From positions 32,001 through 96,000 of the IMG/VR virus record IMGVR_UViG_3300028833_000064: a stretch of 64,000 bases of DNA; one strand, 5' to 3'. Below, in pieces: positions 1 to 8,737 of the stretch. This DNA is from a virus (lineage: Duplodnaviria; Caudoviricetes). Each line of letters opens with the position of its first letter. Positions within the stretch are counted from its first letter, which is position 1. A model generated the notes under the pieces. The model saw only the letters and a program-made list of their open reading frames with translations. It made no database searches and was not told where the DNA came from. Made by a program: the position numbers and the translations under genes.

Positions 1-486
1 CTCGACCGGTCCAGAAATAGGATTGTCCTTGTTTTCCTTATGAAGTGGTACGGTTCTGTACATCGAGTTGTTCAACTCATCGGGAACACCCTTGTAGCAC
101 CACACAACATGTCCGTCCTTTATTACAGCGAGATTTGGGTTTCCATCCAACATTTCACAAAGTTTTTTGCAAATACCTGGTTCCATCGGTTCGTCAATGA
201 CATAAACGATGTCTTTATCTACACTGTCAGGACTTCCATGCACATAAGACTTGGTATAGGACTCGATACGGTTTTCACATCTATATCTATTGCATTCTTT
301 CTTATCTGTATATATATATTCCACCTCTCCACTTCTGTTTTTTCCCGTCTTTCTGATTTCTGACATATATTGCAGATGATTGATATAATGAATACACTCA
401 TCACGATGTGGACAAGAAAAATACATATAAAATCCATCATTCAATACAGAGTAATCACCGGTACACATTCTTTTTGATTCTCCCAT
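1..486 (-). CDS. Partial (runs off window) Cys-rich N-terminus + Pol-beta-type nucleotidyltransferase-like domain
   Basis: Own translation from ATG 486, open to position 1: MGESKRMCTG...CPHRDEC...YVHGSPDSVDKDIVYV...CYKGVPDELNNS; hGS-x-D-x-D-like motif. Absent from the ORF track because there is no stop in the window. Confidence 0.6.
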   Translation of the reverse strand, partial: MGESKRMCTGDYSVLNDGFYMYFSCPHRDECIHYINHLQYMSEIRKTGKNRSGEVEYIYTDKKECNRYRCENRIESYTKSYVHGSPDSVDKDIVYVIDEPMEPGICKKLCEMLDGNPNLAVIKDGHVVWCYKGVPDELNNSMYRTVPLHKENKDNPISGPVE

Positions 487-495
487 AACTCTACT

Positions 496-723
496 CTAAT
501 TAAAATAATCTTCATAATTTTCACCATCCCAAGCTTCTGCATAATCAATCTTGTCTTGTGGGGTATTGTTCGGAATATAGAAATCCCATATTCTACACAA
601 GTTGCACATGTCCACGCTTTCAACTGGGACAAGGGTTCCACGTCTCGAACACTCGTAACACTCACAAAGATAATTTGCATCTGCATCGTGGCGACTGAAA
701 TATATACAATCTTCTCTTACCAT
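496..723 (-). CDS. Small Cys-rich hypothetical protein
   Basis: Tiles between neighbours; several Cys. Confidence 0.6.
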   Translation of the reverse strand: MVREDCIYFSRHDADANYLCECYECSRRGTLVPVESVDMCNLCRIWDFYIPNNTPQDKIDYAEAWDGENYEDYFN

Positions 724-725
724 AC

Positions 726-1307
726 TTACTTTATCTTTTCGGCGAGTTCGATGTATTTCTTGATGACATCACGTCTCTCGAAAACACAGTTGGGAACCCA
801 TTTGTTCAACTCATCGTCATCATCCAAAATCATCTGACGGACTTTGGTGGCGGAAATGCCCGAACAAGTCGCCCCACGTGCAAGAAGTTTCAGACTTACA
901 AAGTCCCTCATAATGAAAGTCGGGAACCAAGTCGTGATAATTTCAAATCCGTCTGAATAATAGATGGTGAAATATGGTGTTTCGGCCTCCTTTAAAATTC
1001 TCGTGTAAAGATAGAAACCCCAGTCGTGTGAATTGTCACTCTCGTCTGTCAGGTCGTCGATGGGGATGATTTTCACCTCGGGACAACCGGTGTTGTATTT
1101 CTTCTTCACCGTCTCGATTGCCTCTTCTGCAAGCTGCATACGGAGGTTGATTGGGAGAGGGTTTCTCTTGTTGAATTTGTCTGCACTCCCTATGAACACA
1201 AAAACACGGTCGTTCTCGTCACATGCTTGTTCTATGAGTTCGAGATGCCCGTTGTGGATTGGTTGGAGTCTTGCCAGAATTATACCTGTCTTTGGATTCA
1301 ATATCAT
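726..1307 (-). CDS. nadM: NMN adenylyltransferase (NadM-like, HxGH nucleotidyltransferase)
   Basis: ARLQPIHNGH, GSAD, RNPLP, ISATKVR motifs. Confidence 0.8.
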   Translation of the reverse strand: MILNPKTGIILARLQPIHNGHLELIEQACDENDRVFVFIGSADKFNKRNPLPINLRMQLAEEAIETVKKKYNTGCPEVKIIPIDDLTDESDNSHDWGFYLYTRILKEAETPYFTIYYSDGFEIITTWFPTFIMRDFVSLKLLARGATCSGISATKVRQMILDDDDELNKWVPNCVFERRDVIKKYIELAEKIK

Positions 1308-1311
1308 ATCT

Positions 1312-1671
1312 TTATTCCTCTATAGTAATCTTGTAGTTTGAAAACACATATTCAACTTGAATGGTTTTGTCGGTTCTCACCCAACCACCTTCGACGTATC
1401 TCTCCAGTTTCGACAAGAAGAAACGCTTACCTTCCTTGATAAGCTTCGGATGAGGAGTGTTCCTCCATTCATTCTCCCAAACTTTGTTGTTACTCCCATA
1501 GAAGTCATACACGAGTTTCTTCCCCTTGATGTGCAGGTTTCCTTTGTCGTCGATTTCGGCAGTCACATCCTGTAGAGCGTCTGTGGTACTGCAATTGAAA
1601 TTTAAAGTCAAGTTGTCGAACAAAGTTATGTTCGTACCTTCAACAAAACCGTAGGTGTAATTCTTTTTCAT
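1312..1671 (-). CDS. Hypothetical protein
   Basis: Operon tiling. Confidence 0.7.
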   Translation of the reverse strand: MKKNYTYGFVEGTNITLFDNLTLNFNCSTTDALQDVTAEIDDKGNLHIKGKKLVYDFYGSNNKVWENEWRNTPHPKLIKEGKRFFLSKLERYVEGGWVRTDKTIQVEYVFSNYKITIEE

Positions 1672-1675
1672 ATAT

Positions 1676-2191
1676 CTATTCTTCTAAAAATCCATATTTC
1701 TTATAGTACTCACGCTTCAGCAAGCACACCACATGTACATTTGGAACAAGACACGGGTTTTTGGGATTGGTGTCTTCCACCTTGTACTCATCCGGATGCA
1801 TGTCGAGAAGATACCTTACAACACCCTGACTCCTCGAAATACCGGCCGAACAATGGACCATCACGTTCTTTCCGATATTAGACTCGAGGAACTCGTACAT
1901 CCTCTCTGCATCCTCGTCACTCATACCGTACACGTCTTTGTACGCCTCCTTCTTTTCCGGAGTCCATTCCTCGTTGGGGAGGGCGTCCCACATCCGATAA
2001 CCGGCGATGTCGTCGAAGTCCATGTTTATCACATTCCCACATTCCTTCAACAAATGTGGTTCCTTTCCGTATGACTTATGCTCGCCAATCGAGATAAAAA
2101 CCCAGTCTGACGGAAGATGTCCGTCAGACCACTCATTGTTCAGTAACTCACGTCTGAACCCTTCCCAACTGTAACACATCAGTTTAGCCAT
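1676..2191 (-). CDS. Protein-tyrosine/dual-specificity phosphatase-like
   Basis: VHCSAGISRS (HCx5R) P-loop; upstream FDD; PN motif. Confidence 0.85.
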   Translation of the reverse strand: MAKLMCYSWEGFRRELLNNEWSDGHLPSDWVFISIGEHKSYGKEPHLLKECGNVINMDFDDIAGYRMWDALPNEEWTPEKKEAYKDVYGMSDEDAERMYEFLESNIGKNVMVHCSAGISRSQGVVRYLLDMHPDEYKVEDTNPKNPCLVPNVHVVCLLKREYYKKYGFLEE

Positions 2192-2194
2192 ATA

Positions 2195-2320
2195 TTATTC
2201 TTCTTTATTTTTTTCAGTCTTCATAAATTCGTTCAACACCGAATTTTCATATCCCTTTTCAATCTCGTCCTGAATCTCAGTCTCATTCATCTCCGGACTC
2301 ACGTAAATAAATTCTCCCAT
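2195..2320 (-). CDS. 41-aa hypothetical protein
   Basis: Own translation MGEFIYVSPEMNETEIQDEIEKGY...; directly downstream of motif at 2332. Confidence 0.55.
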   Translation of the reverse strand: MGEFIYVSPEMNETEIQDEIEKGYENSVLNEFMKTEKNKEE

Positions 2321-2331
2321 AACTATATTAT

Positions 2332-2343
2332 AAAGATACTATT
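2332..2343 (-). promoter_or_regulatory. Class II promoter-like motif AATAGTATCTTT
   Basis: Recurrent intergenic 12-mer just upstream of an ATG. Confidence 0.65.
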
Positions 2344-2356
2344 TTTAATAAAAAAA

Positions 2357-2875
2357 ATGAAATCCAACAAACCCCCGTCCGAAAACTGGATACGAGAATT
2401 TCATAAATCGGCAGAATCGGCAACAAACTCATTGAACATAATCCTGTCCCAAATCGGATTGCACGTGGTAGAAGTCCCACACGATTTCTCAAACGGAGAT
2501 TCGAAAAAATACGGAATATTCCTACGGCACGGAAAATCATTCCACGAAAACACCATAGAAATCTCACTCAACCCAACACTCGTTTTCGAAAAACTTTCGG
2601 AACTCGGAAAGACTTCTCTCCGTGATGCACGACAGCAGGCATCTATCCTCACAGCCCACGAGACCTCCCACGGAATTATAGACCATATAAGAAAACACTA
2701 TATGGATTCAGGACTCACATACACGTCAATCGTCTCTAAAATCAAAAATAACTCACAGGAAGAGGAAAGAACTGCAAGAGACTTCTCACTGAACTTCGTC
2801 GACCCCTCCTACAAGTCTCTCCTGAGACTTTCCCTTACAGAAATCCTTGAACTCACGGTACGTGGTGAAACTTAA
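2357..2875 (+). CDS. HExxH zinc metallopeptidase-like protein (only clear plus-strand gene)
   Basis: AHETSHG plus downstream EERTARDFS; fills a gap with no good minus-strand ORF. Confidence 0.6.
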   Translation: MKSNKPPSENWIREFHKSAESATNSLNIILSQIGLHVVEVPHDFSNGDSKKYGIFLRHGKSFHENTIEISLNPTLVFEKLSELGKTSLRDARQQASILTAHETSHGIIDHIRKHYMDSGLTYTSIVSKIKNNSQEEERTARDFSLNFVDPSYKSLLRLSLTEILELTVRGET

Positions 2876-3160
2876 ATCCATGAACCCGTCTTCACCGAGA
2901 TTCCCCCCGTGAAGCATCTCAACGTATTCGTCATCCCCTATCTCGACCCTCGACGACTCGAAACTCTTGTCCAATCCGGTCAACGAATCAACACCGACCC
3001 TCATCCTACGATAGATACCAGAATAGTCGACAAACTCCACGAAAACATCAGGCATCTGACTCACGTCCTGAACGAAACCCTCGAATACCTTTCCTTGGAA
3101 AGGAACTGCAACACGGTCTCCGACATTCACGTCATACTCTATGATAAACTTGGACATCAC
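2786..3160 (-). CDS. Hypothetical protein (SH3/KOW-like N-terminus)
   Basis: VGDRVAV...EGFV pattern. Confidence 0.55.
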   Translation of the reverse strand: MMSKFIIEYDVNVGDRVAVPFQGKVFEGFVQDVSQMPDVFVEFVDYSGIYRRMRVGVDSLTGLDKSFESSRVEIGDDEYVEMLHGGNLGEDGFMDLSFTTYREFKDFCKGKSQERLVGGVDEVQ

Positions 3161-3261
3161 TCCTCCTTCTTTAAGATTTTATCAAGAACCACAGCGGCAA
3201 CATAGAATGCCGACAACGTGGCAGCCGACACTCCGAACAACTTAAATAAAAAATATTTCAT
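3157..3261 (-). CDS. 34-aa membrane peptide
   Basis: Own translation MKYFLFKLFGVSAATLSAFYVAAVVLDKILKKEE; stop overlaps the next start. Confidence 0.5.
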   Translation of the reverse strand: MKYFLFKLFGVSAATLSAFYVAAVVLDKILKKEE

Positions 3262-3265
3262 ATTA

Positions 3266-3571
3266 CTATACTTTATGTTCTTCTACAAATTTCCACCCTA
3301 TGTTCTCATAGACAATTCCTCCCATTAAGGGTGTACAATCAAACGGAACGACATCCTTGTATCCTTCAGACCTCATCCTGTCTGCCTCCTTCTTCACCTC
3401 TTCCACATCATCGTACAGTCCGACAATCCACGGAAGACCTTCTAAGTTCACTCCACTCACATCATCAAGACTACACGGAACACCATCGAAGTCGTATCCA
3501 TTACGGTCTCTATATGCTATACTATAACTTTTCTTCATCTTTTTCTCTGTGTGATTTTTCTCATCCTTCAT
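3266..3571 (-). CDS. Hypothetical protein
   Basis: Operon tiling; TAG-TAA double stop. Confidence 0.65.
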   Translation of the reverse strand: MKDEKNHTEKKMKKSYSIAYRDRNGYDFDGVPCSLDDVSGVNLEGLPWIVGLYDDVEEVKKEADRMRSEGYKDVVPFDCTPLMGGIVYENIGWKFVEEHKV

Positions 3572-3926
3572 ACTTGTTCCTTATGAAAGACTCGACCAAC
3601 CCAATGACAAACCTCTTCATGTTCGCCAATTCATAAATCATCTCCAAGGACTCCATCCTCATCCTCTGTATCCTGTGTTTCTTCGACTCGTCCCACCACT
3701 CGGCACGAAACACCAGAAAACTATCATCGGGCATGAAACTATTCCTTATGAAAAACTCCACAACCCTCCCACTCGGAAACTCCTCGTACTTACACTGAAT
3801 TGCCGGATAATCCAGACTGTGGTCTTTATCGAATACAACCTCAACCATCCTCGTGGTTAGACCACTTATCCCAAGTCCATCCAACTTATCCTTGAAATCA
3901 ACAAGTACAGTCAATCCTCTATACAT
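3561..3926 (-). CDS. Hypothetical protein
   Basis: Operon tiling. Confidence 0.65.
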   Translation of the reverse strand: MYRGLTVLVDFKDKLDGLGISGLTTRMVEVVFDKDHSLDYPAIQCKYEEFPSGRVVEFFIRNSFMPDDSFLVFRAEWWDESKKHRIQRMRMESLEMIYELANMKRFVIGLVESFIRNKYEG

Positions 3927-3951
3927 AATCTATACAAATTTATTTCTTCAA

Positions 3952-4251
3952 CTATATGGAATATTCAATCAACGTGGTTACAAAGTCAAAGTCATACACC
4001 TCTCTCTCGACAACAACCATCTTTTTTTGATAGTCGAATGCCTTCTCTACAAAATCATAACGATAGGAAAAAATCCTATAATATCTGTCCAACAGGAGAT
4101 AATTGAAACCATATATGTCTATGTAAATCCACGCCCTCTCAACCCCAACGACACGAAACTCGTCACCGGTCTCCTTATACACTATCACATCACCTTTCGA
4201 AAATTTCAAACCGTCCTTATCCATTCCCCCTCCTTTTGTTGACAACGTCAA
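3952..4251 (-). CDS. Hypothetical protein (likely start MDKDG)
   Basis: KFSKGDVIV pattern. Confidence 0.6.
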   Translation of the reverse strand: MTLSTKGGGMDKDGLKFSKGDVIVYKETGDEFRVVGVERAWIYIDIYGFNYLLLDRYYRIFSYRYDFVEKAFDYQKKMVVVEREVYDFDFVTTLIEYSI

Positions 4252-4444
4252 TTATCACGAAAATCAATAACATCAAAATAGGACTGAACACTATACAAAA
4301 CAACCAGCACAGCAAATAGTTTATTCCTAACTTGGAACCATAATTACATATAAGGTGATATATCAAAAATACTACGACTATGACAAGAAAACCCAAAAGA
4401 AAGTAAAGTGGTTCCGGATTCACCAAAGTAATATCTTCAATCAT
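4217..4444 (-). CDS. Small 2-TM membrane protein, family A
   Basis: INYLLCWLFCIVFSPIL..IID shared with 6544, 7316, 8159. Confidence 0.7.
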   Translation of the reverse strand: MIEDITLVNPEPLYFLLGFLVIVVVFLIYHLICNYGSKLGINYLLCWLFCIVFSPILMLLIFVIIDVVNKRRGNG

Positions 4445-4447
4445 AAC

Positions 4448-4996
4448 TTACAAATCATCATCAATGGGGAAATTGTATCTATTAACATAAATTATATTGA
4501 TGTTAAACTCATCACTTATCCCTACCATACTCACACACACAGGTTTCATCTTATCACCGTTTTGTATGTACATATTCATATATGTTTTGGAATTGACTAA
4601 CATCTCATAAGAAATGTTTTCATCTTCCCAAATTAAATTACTTTTACATGTTACATACTTGAGACTTCTCTCAAATTGTTTAGATAAATTATTGAATATA
4701 ATTTTCGCCCAACTCTCGTCATAACCAGTAACACCACCAATCACGACAACAATAGCACTCACTTTTTCTTTGTATGTCTTGATTTGTAATAAAACATTAT
4801 ATCCATTGAATTCTCCTTCTAGAAAATCATCAGCTACTTCTACTTCATGGAATCCCTTGTTTTTCAATTTCTGAATCATTTCACTTTTGGTTCCGTCCAC
4901 CGGAATCCCCATGAACTTAGTCACGTCTTTCTTTTCCTGTGCATTACACACCATCACGACCATTAACATGGTCAATAAAACAATAATCTTTTTCAT
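4448..4996 (-). CDS. Secreted protein
   Basis: Signal peptide ending CNA-Q; KFMGIPVDG. Confidence 0.7.
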   Translation of the reverse strand: MKKIIVLLTMLMVVMVCNAQEKKDVTKFMGIPVDGTKSEMIQKLKNKGFHEVEVADDFLEGEFNGYNVLLQIKTYKEKVSAIVVVIGGVTGYDESWAKIIFNNLSKQFERSLKYVTCKSNLIWEDENISYEMLVNSKTYMNMYIQNGDKMKPVCVSMVGISDEFNINIIYVNRYNFPIDDDL

Positions 4997-4997
4997 T

Positions 4998-5579
4998 TTA
5001 TTCGAAAGGTTTATTTAATATAATAACTGTACCCATACCTATAAGAGCACTAATAAAAAAAATCGCTTCATAAGTCCCTTCTTTGTCAACTACTTCAACA
5101 GACTTATCAGGATAAAGATAAGTTATCTTCTTTGTTGGAGAATATTTTCCACATAATCTTTCATATTCTTTAGGATTTGAAGTTTCACATCCTGTTACTT
5201 GAAGATTGGTTACATAGTAGAATCCGTCATAGGCGAAGTCATAGTAGAATCCGTTACTAGTACTTTTATTCAATTGATATGACACTGTATAGTTCATGGT
5301 ATTCCCAAGTGTGTCAGCAAAACTATAAGTGTCACTTGTAATATAATTATTATCCAAACGTGTTCCGTATCCAGAATATTTAGAGTAAGATTGCCCTGTT
5401 ACAGTTACCTCATTCTTTGTGTCGGTACTCGTCCCAGCCGGGTAATAACCTTTACTTTTTAATTCTATGGCTACGTTATCAATAGTTCTATCTAACGATG
5501 TTTTTGATACTACTTTATGAGTAGTATAACAGCTACTAAAAGTAAAGCAACAAATGATTAATACAAATAACTTTTTCAT
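4998..5579 (-). CDS. Lipoprotein with C-terminal TM helix
   Basis: Lipobox FSSC. Confidence 0.7.
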   Translation of the reverse strand: MKKLFVLIICCFTFSSCYTTHKVVSKTSLDRTIDNVAIELKSKGYYPAGTSTDTKNEVTVTGQSYSKYSGYGTRLDNNYITSDTYSFADTLGNTMNYTVSYQLNKSTSNGFYYDFAYDGFYYVTNLQVTGCETSNPKEYERLCGKYSPTKKITYLYPDKSVEVVDKEGTYEAIFFISALIGMGTVIILNKPFE

Positions 5580-5600
5580 CTTTTTATAACTTTTTATTTT

Positions 5601-5981
5601 TTATTCATAATGTTTCCCAAAACTACGGTAATATACACGAGTCCCGTATTTCTCATGTGCTTTCTTATGACACTTTTCACACAAAGTGACCAAGGATTCA
5701 TCGGGATAGTCCCACGGGTCTACAAAATCATTGTTCGGAAATTTTTCATAATATTTGTGGTGTACCTGTAAATTAGAATCCGAACCACACCACGTACATC
5801 TGCAACGGTCACGAGAGATAATCTTTCTCCTTTTCTCTTTCCATCTTTCATCTTGTAACAGTTTTGAATATTCATCTCTCCAACCACCCGAGCACTCTGT
5901 TCGTTTCTCTGTTCGTTTCTCTCGGCATAAAAGAAAAAACAAAAATAACAAACCTATTATAATAGCTAACATGTCTCCCAT
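5601..5981 (-). CDS. HNH endonuclease
   Basis: RD..CTWCG..LQVHH...LVTLCEKCH. Confidence 0.85.
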   Translation of the reverse strand: MGDMLAIIIGLLFLFFLLCREKRTEKRTECSGGWRDEYSKLLQDERWKEKRRKIISRDRCRCTWCGSDSNLQVHHKYYEKFPNNDFVDPWDYPDESLVTLCEKCHKKAHEKYGTRVYYRSFGKHYE

Positions 5982-5992
5982 AATTTTATTTC

Positions 5993-6253
5993 TTAATCCC
6001 GTTCATAAAACTCCTTCCTCTCTCCACATTTCCTGCACTCCCTGTATCCCCCACACTCCCACGTCCAGACCCTCTCCCCGAAATCATGCCCACAATATCT
6101 CCGTCGAAGTCTAACCCTCTAATCATCCATCTTCTCCTTCAGAATACCCTCCTTCTTCCTCTTGAACTTCTCAATCTCATGGGGTATCAAATACTCACAC
6201 CCCTCCACCAGATTTCTCCCGATTTCCAATATCGTCTGAATAGTCTTCCTCAT
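5993..6253 (-). other. Zn-ribbon protein frame interrupted by in-frame TAG (6119-6121)
   Basis: ...KEKMDD(TAG)RVRLRRRYCGHDFGERVWTWECGGYRECRKCGERKEFYERD; start uncertain. Confidence 0.55.
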
Positions 6254-6593
6254 CGTGTATACGTACCCAGAGTACAGAGTACCCCGATTCGGATGACAAC
6301 TTTTTGAGATAAAAATGTATATTGTTCTTCTCAAAGTTATTACGGAAAGGAAAAGGATACCCACCCTCTTTCTCTTTCTTCTCTAATAGACCCAGAATAT
6401 CCCTGAACAACTCATTCCCCCACATACTATACTCATTCGGATAAAACCTTATAAAATACTCATCATCTTTCCTCAAGTCCGAAAGCATCTTGTCAATGAC
6501 CGACAAACTCCCCTCCCTCAAAGCTTCGGCGATTTCAAGGTCTTCACCGGTCAATTCGTATTCTTCCCTTATCTTCATACTTAATATCATCAA
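6195..6593 (-). CDS. Hypothetical protein
   Basis: Operon tiling; may join the downstream frame by frameshift. Confidence 0.6.
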   Translation of the reverse strand: MMILSMKIREEYELTGEDLEIAEALREGSLSVIDKMLSDLRKDDEYFIRFYPNEYSMWGNELFRDILGLLEKKEKEGGYPFPFRNNFEKNNIHFYLKKLSSESGYSVLWVRIHDEEDYSDDIGNREKSGGGV

Positions 6594-6783
6594 TTAACAT
6601 CAGAACTATAAACACAAGAAACGAAGTGAATACCAAACACAAACCAAATGTGACAAACCAATTTATATTAAACAACTCTCCAAGCTCACACACTTTGACT
6701 GTAAAATAAATGTATGAAAATACAATAATTAAACCAATTAAATACAAAACAAAAATTAAAAACTCAGACATAATATATCCCAT
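6544..6783 (-). CDS. Small 2-TM membrane protein, family A
   Basis: INWFVTFGLCLVFTSFL..LID. Confidence 0.7.
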   Translation of the reverse strand: MGYIMSEFLIFVLYLIGLIIVFSYIYFTVKVCELGELFNINWFVTFGLCLVFTSFLVFIVLMLIDDIKYEDKGRIRIDR

Positions 6784-7251
6784 TTATTTTATGTTAAACA
6801 TTTGAAAAAAACTCCCGAAGAAACTCTTCACCACGTACCTGTTGTACGCCCTCGCTCCACTAAACACAATCAGTCTGTTGGAAACAATGTCACCGTTATT
6901 CCCCAAACAATACTCACTCCCCTTCGGAATTATACAAACAGAATTGGTGCAACCTTTCTTCAACATACTGTGAAAACCCTCACTTATAGTACTTATAGTC
7001 GTACACAATACTTCTATCTGTAAGTGATTCACAGGATACTCCTTTTTATAATGATAACAATAACCATTAATTTTATCCTTCTCAACAGCATACGTCCTTA
7101 TCTTCCTGGCGGTCTCCACTTTGTTAAATGAAAACACACCACCGAATAACGGAGGAATCCAATGGTCTCCTTTATTGATTATTTTCTTGTATACCACAAT
7201 GTCTTTCTCGGCGACACGTATGGTTTCACCATGTTTGACTGTTAAACACAT
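6784..7251 (-). CDS. Hypothetical protein, paralog of 7685-8113
   Basis: Shared MCL..VYK..EGFHSMLK..CIIPKGSEYC.G.NGD.VS..LIVF. Confidence 0.8.
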   Translation of the reverse strand: MCLTVKHGETIRVAEKDIVVYKKIINKGDHWIPPLFGGVFSFNKVETARKIRTYAVEKDKINGYCYHYKKEYPVNHLQIEVLCTTISTISEGFHSMLKKGCTNSVCIIPKGSEYCLGNNGDIVSNRLIVFSGARAYNRYVVKSFFGSFFQMFNIK

Positions 7252-7315
7252 CTCCTGTTTCCTATCTTATACTGTCAATTATTACAACAACTAAAAACAA
7301 AACTGAAAGCATAAT

Positions 7316-7507
7316 CTATCTCATTCTAATATTGTCAATTATTATAACAACAAAAAAAACCAGAATCGGAGTGAATACAAGAGAAAGAACAAATACTATG
7401 TATCGGTTAAAACCAACCAAGTACTCTGCAAACTTACCCATATCGTATGCAAACCATACATAAGCACATATCACAAGAATGAGAAAAACTAATGTTATAA
7501 AATCCAT
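7316..7507 (-). CDS. Small 2-TM membrane protein, family A
   Basis: FNRYIVFVLSLVFTPIL..IID. Confidence 0.7.
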   Translation of the reverse strand: MDFITLVFLILVICAYVWFAYDMGKFAEYLVGFNRYIVFVLSLVFTPILVFFVVIIIDNIRMR

Positions 7508-7508
7508 A

Positions 7509-7721
7509 TTATTTCTGTTTTTTATCGTTTAACTTTCTTATAATCCACAATTTCTGCTTCATCAACTTCCTCCAACTATCAGTGTGCATCCTACCTATCT
7601 TCTCCAAAGACTCCATCTTCCTCTTTACCTTATTCAACATATTCCATAAAAATTCACGTTCCTCATCCTCACACTCATCGTTGGTCATATACATCCCACT
7701 CTTCCAATCGTATCTCGCCAT
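7509..7721 (-). CDS. Hypothetical protein
   Basis: Operon tiling. Confidence 0.6.
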   Translation of the reverse strand: MARYDWKSGMYMTNDECEDEEREFLWNMLNKVKRKMESLEKIGRMHTDSWRKLMKQKLWIIRKLNDKKQK

Positions 7722-8113
7722 ATACTCTTTAATTTGAAAACTACATAATCAAACCACGTCTCGAACACAATCAACTTCACACTCACTACATCACCATTAT
7801 CACCTATACAGTACTCACTCCCCTTCGGAATGATACACGTACATACAAGGTTACCCAAATACACATCTTTTTCCTTCAACATACTGTGAAACCCCTCGTG
7901 AATAAATCTTCTATAATCAATAGACAAATGCTCTATAGGAGTTCCCATATTCATCGCCGTCTCAACTTTGTTGTAATCAAAATGTGTATAGAAACAAGGA
8001 CTACGCCAACCCGTTTCATCATCATCATCAAAATCTTCAACTACACCCTTGTATACCTTGATGTTTTTTCTCGCTTTCTCTATCTTTCCATTAATGGGAA
8101 CAAATAAACACAT
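7685..8113 (-). CDS. Hypothetical protein, paralog of 6784-7251
   Basis: Shared motifs as above. Confidence 0.8.
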   Translation of the reverse strand: MCLFVPINGKIEKARKNIKVYKGVVEDFDDDDETGWRSPCFYTHFDYNKVETAMNMGTPIEHLSIDYRRFIHEGFHSMLKEKDVYLGNLVCTCIIPKGSEYCIGDNGDVVSVKLIVFETWFDYVVFKLKSIWRDTIGRVGCI

Positions 8114-8140
8114 ATCTTTAATCTTTTAATCTTTTTTTAT

Positions 8141-8152
8141 AAAGATACTATT
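8141..8152 (-). promoter_or_regulatory. Class II promoter-like motif
   Basis: AATAGTATCTTT upstream of ATG 8113. Confidence 0.65.
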
Positions 8153-8158
8153 TTTTAT

Positions 8159-8413
8159 TTAAATTCTTGAATTAATTACTTGAATTAATATATCAACAAA
8201 AAACATTAATACCGGAGTGAATAATATACACAATAAAAAAGCAACAAGATAATTTAATCTAAACTCTTCGTTAAAATCTTCCGAAACTAGATGGCATAAT
8301 AATAACCATGCAACACATAAAAAAACAATTAATAAAATTTTTATCAAAGTTACCATAATTATATAAGATATTTTATATATAAAATATAACAAATTTCCGG
8401 CAACTTTATACAA
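8159..8413 (-). CDS. Small 2-TM membrane protein, family A (likely start MVTLIK)
   Basis: LNYLVAFLLCILFTPVL. Confidence 0.65.
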   Translation of the reverse strand: MYKVAGNLLYFIYKISYIIMVTLIKILLIVFLCVAWLLLCHLVSEDFNEEFRLNYLVAFLLCILFTPVLMFFVDILIQVINSRI

Positions 8414-8640
8414 TTCTCGACAATAATTTATTTGATTTTTTGGACATCCACTTTTTTAGAACGTTGAATTTTTGAAACTTAAAATAAACATATTGATTTT
8501 CAATAAGTTAAAAATGAATAAATATAATTCACTGAAAATAAAGCATATTCAAAACTGAGCCTTTTAAGTAAAGTCCCCAATATGCCCCATATTCGAAAAA
8601 ACACGATTTTCCCCAAAAAGGGCCTTTTTTGGATATACCC

Positions 8641-8737
8641 CAAAATACCCCTTTTTGGGGGGTCAAAATACCCCTTTTTAGGGGGGTCAAAATACCCCTT
8701 TTTAGGGGGGTCAAAAATAGGCCTTTTTTTAGGGGGT
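8641..8737. repeat. Tandem 23-26 bp palindromic repeats (iteron-like), candidate replication origin
   Basis: CAAAATACCCCTTTTT(A)GGGGGGT at 8641, 8664, 8688 plus a degenerate copy at 8712; lies in a 1.1 kb gene-free AT-rich gap at the skew switch. Confidence 0.7.

Noticed and set aside
219-440. 73-aa minus-strand ORF from the track
   Set aside because: Overlaps the better frame 1-486 carrying an NTase-like motif
8641-8737. Tandem repeats as a CRISPR array
   Set aside because: Units are contiguous with no unique spacers; no cas genes
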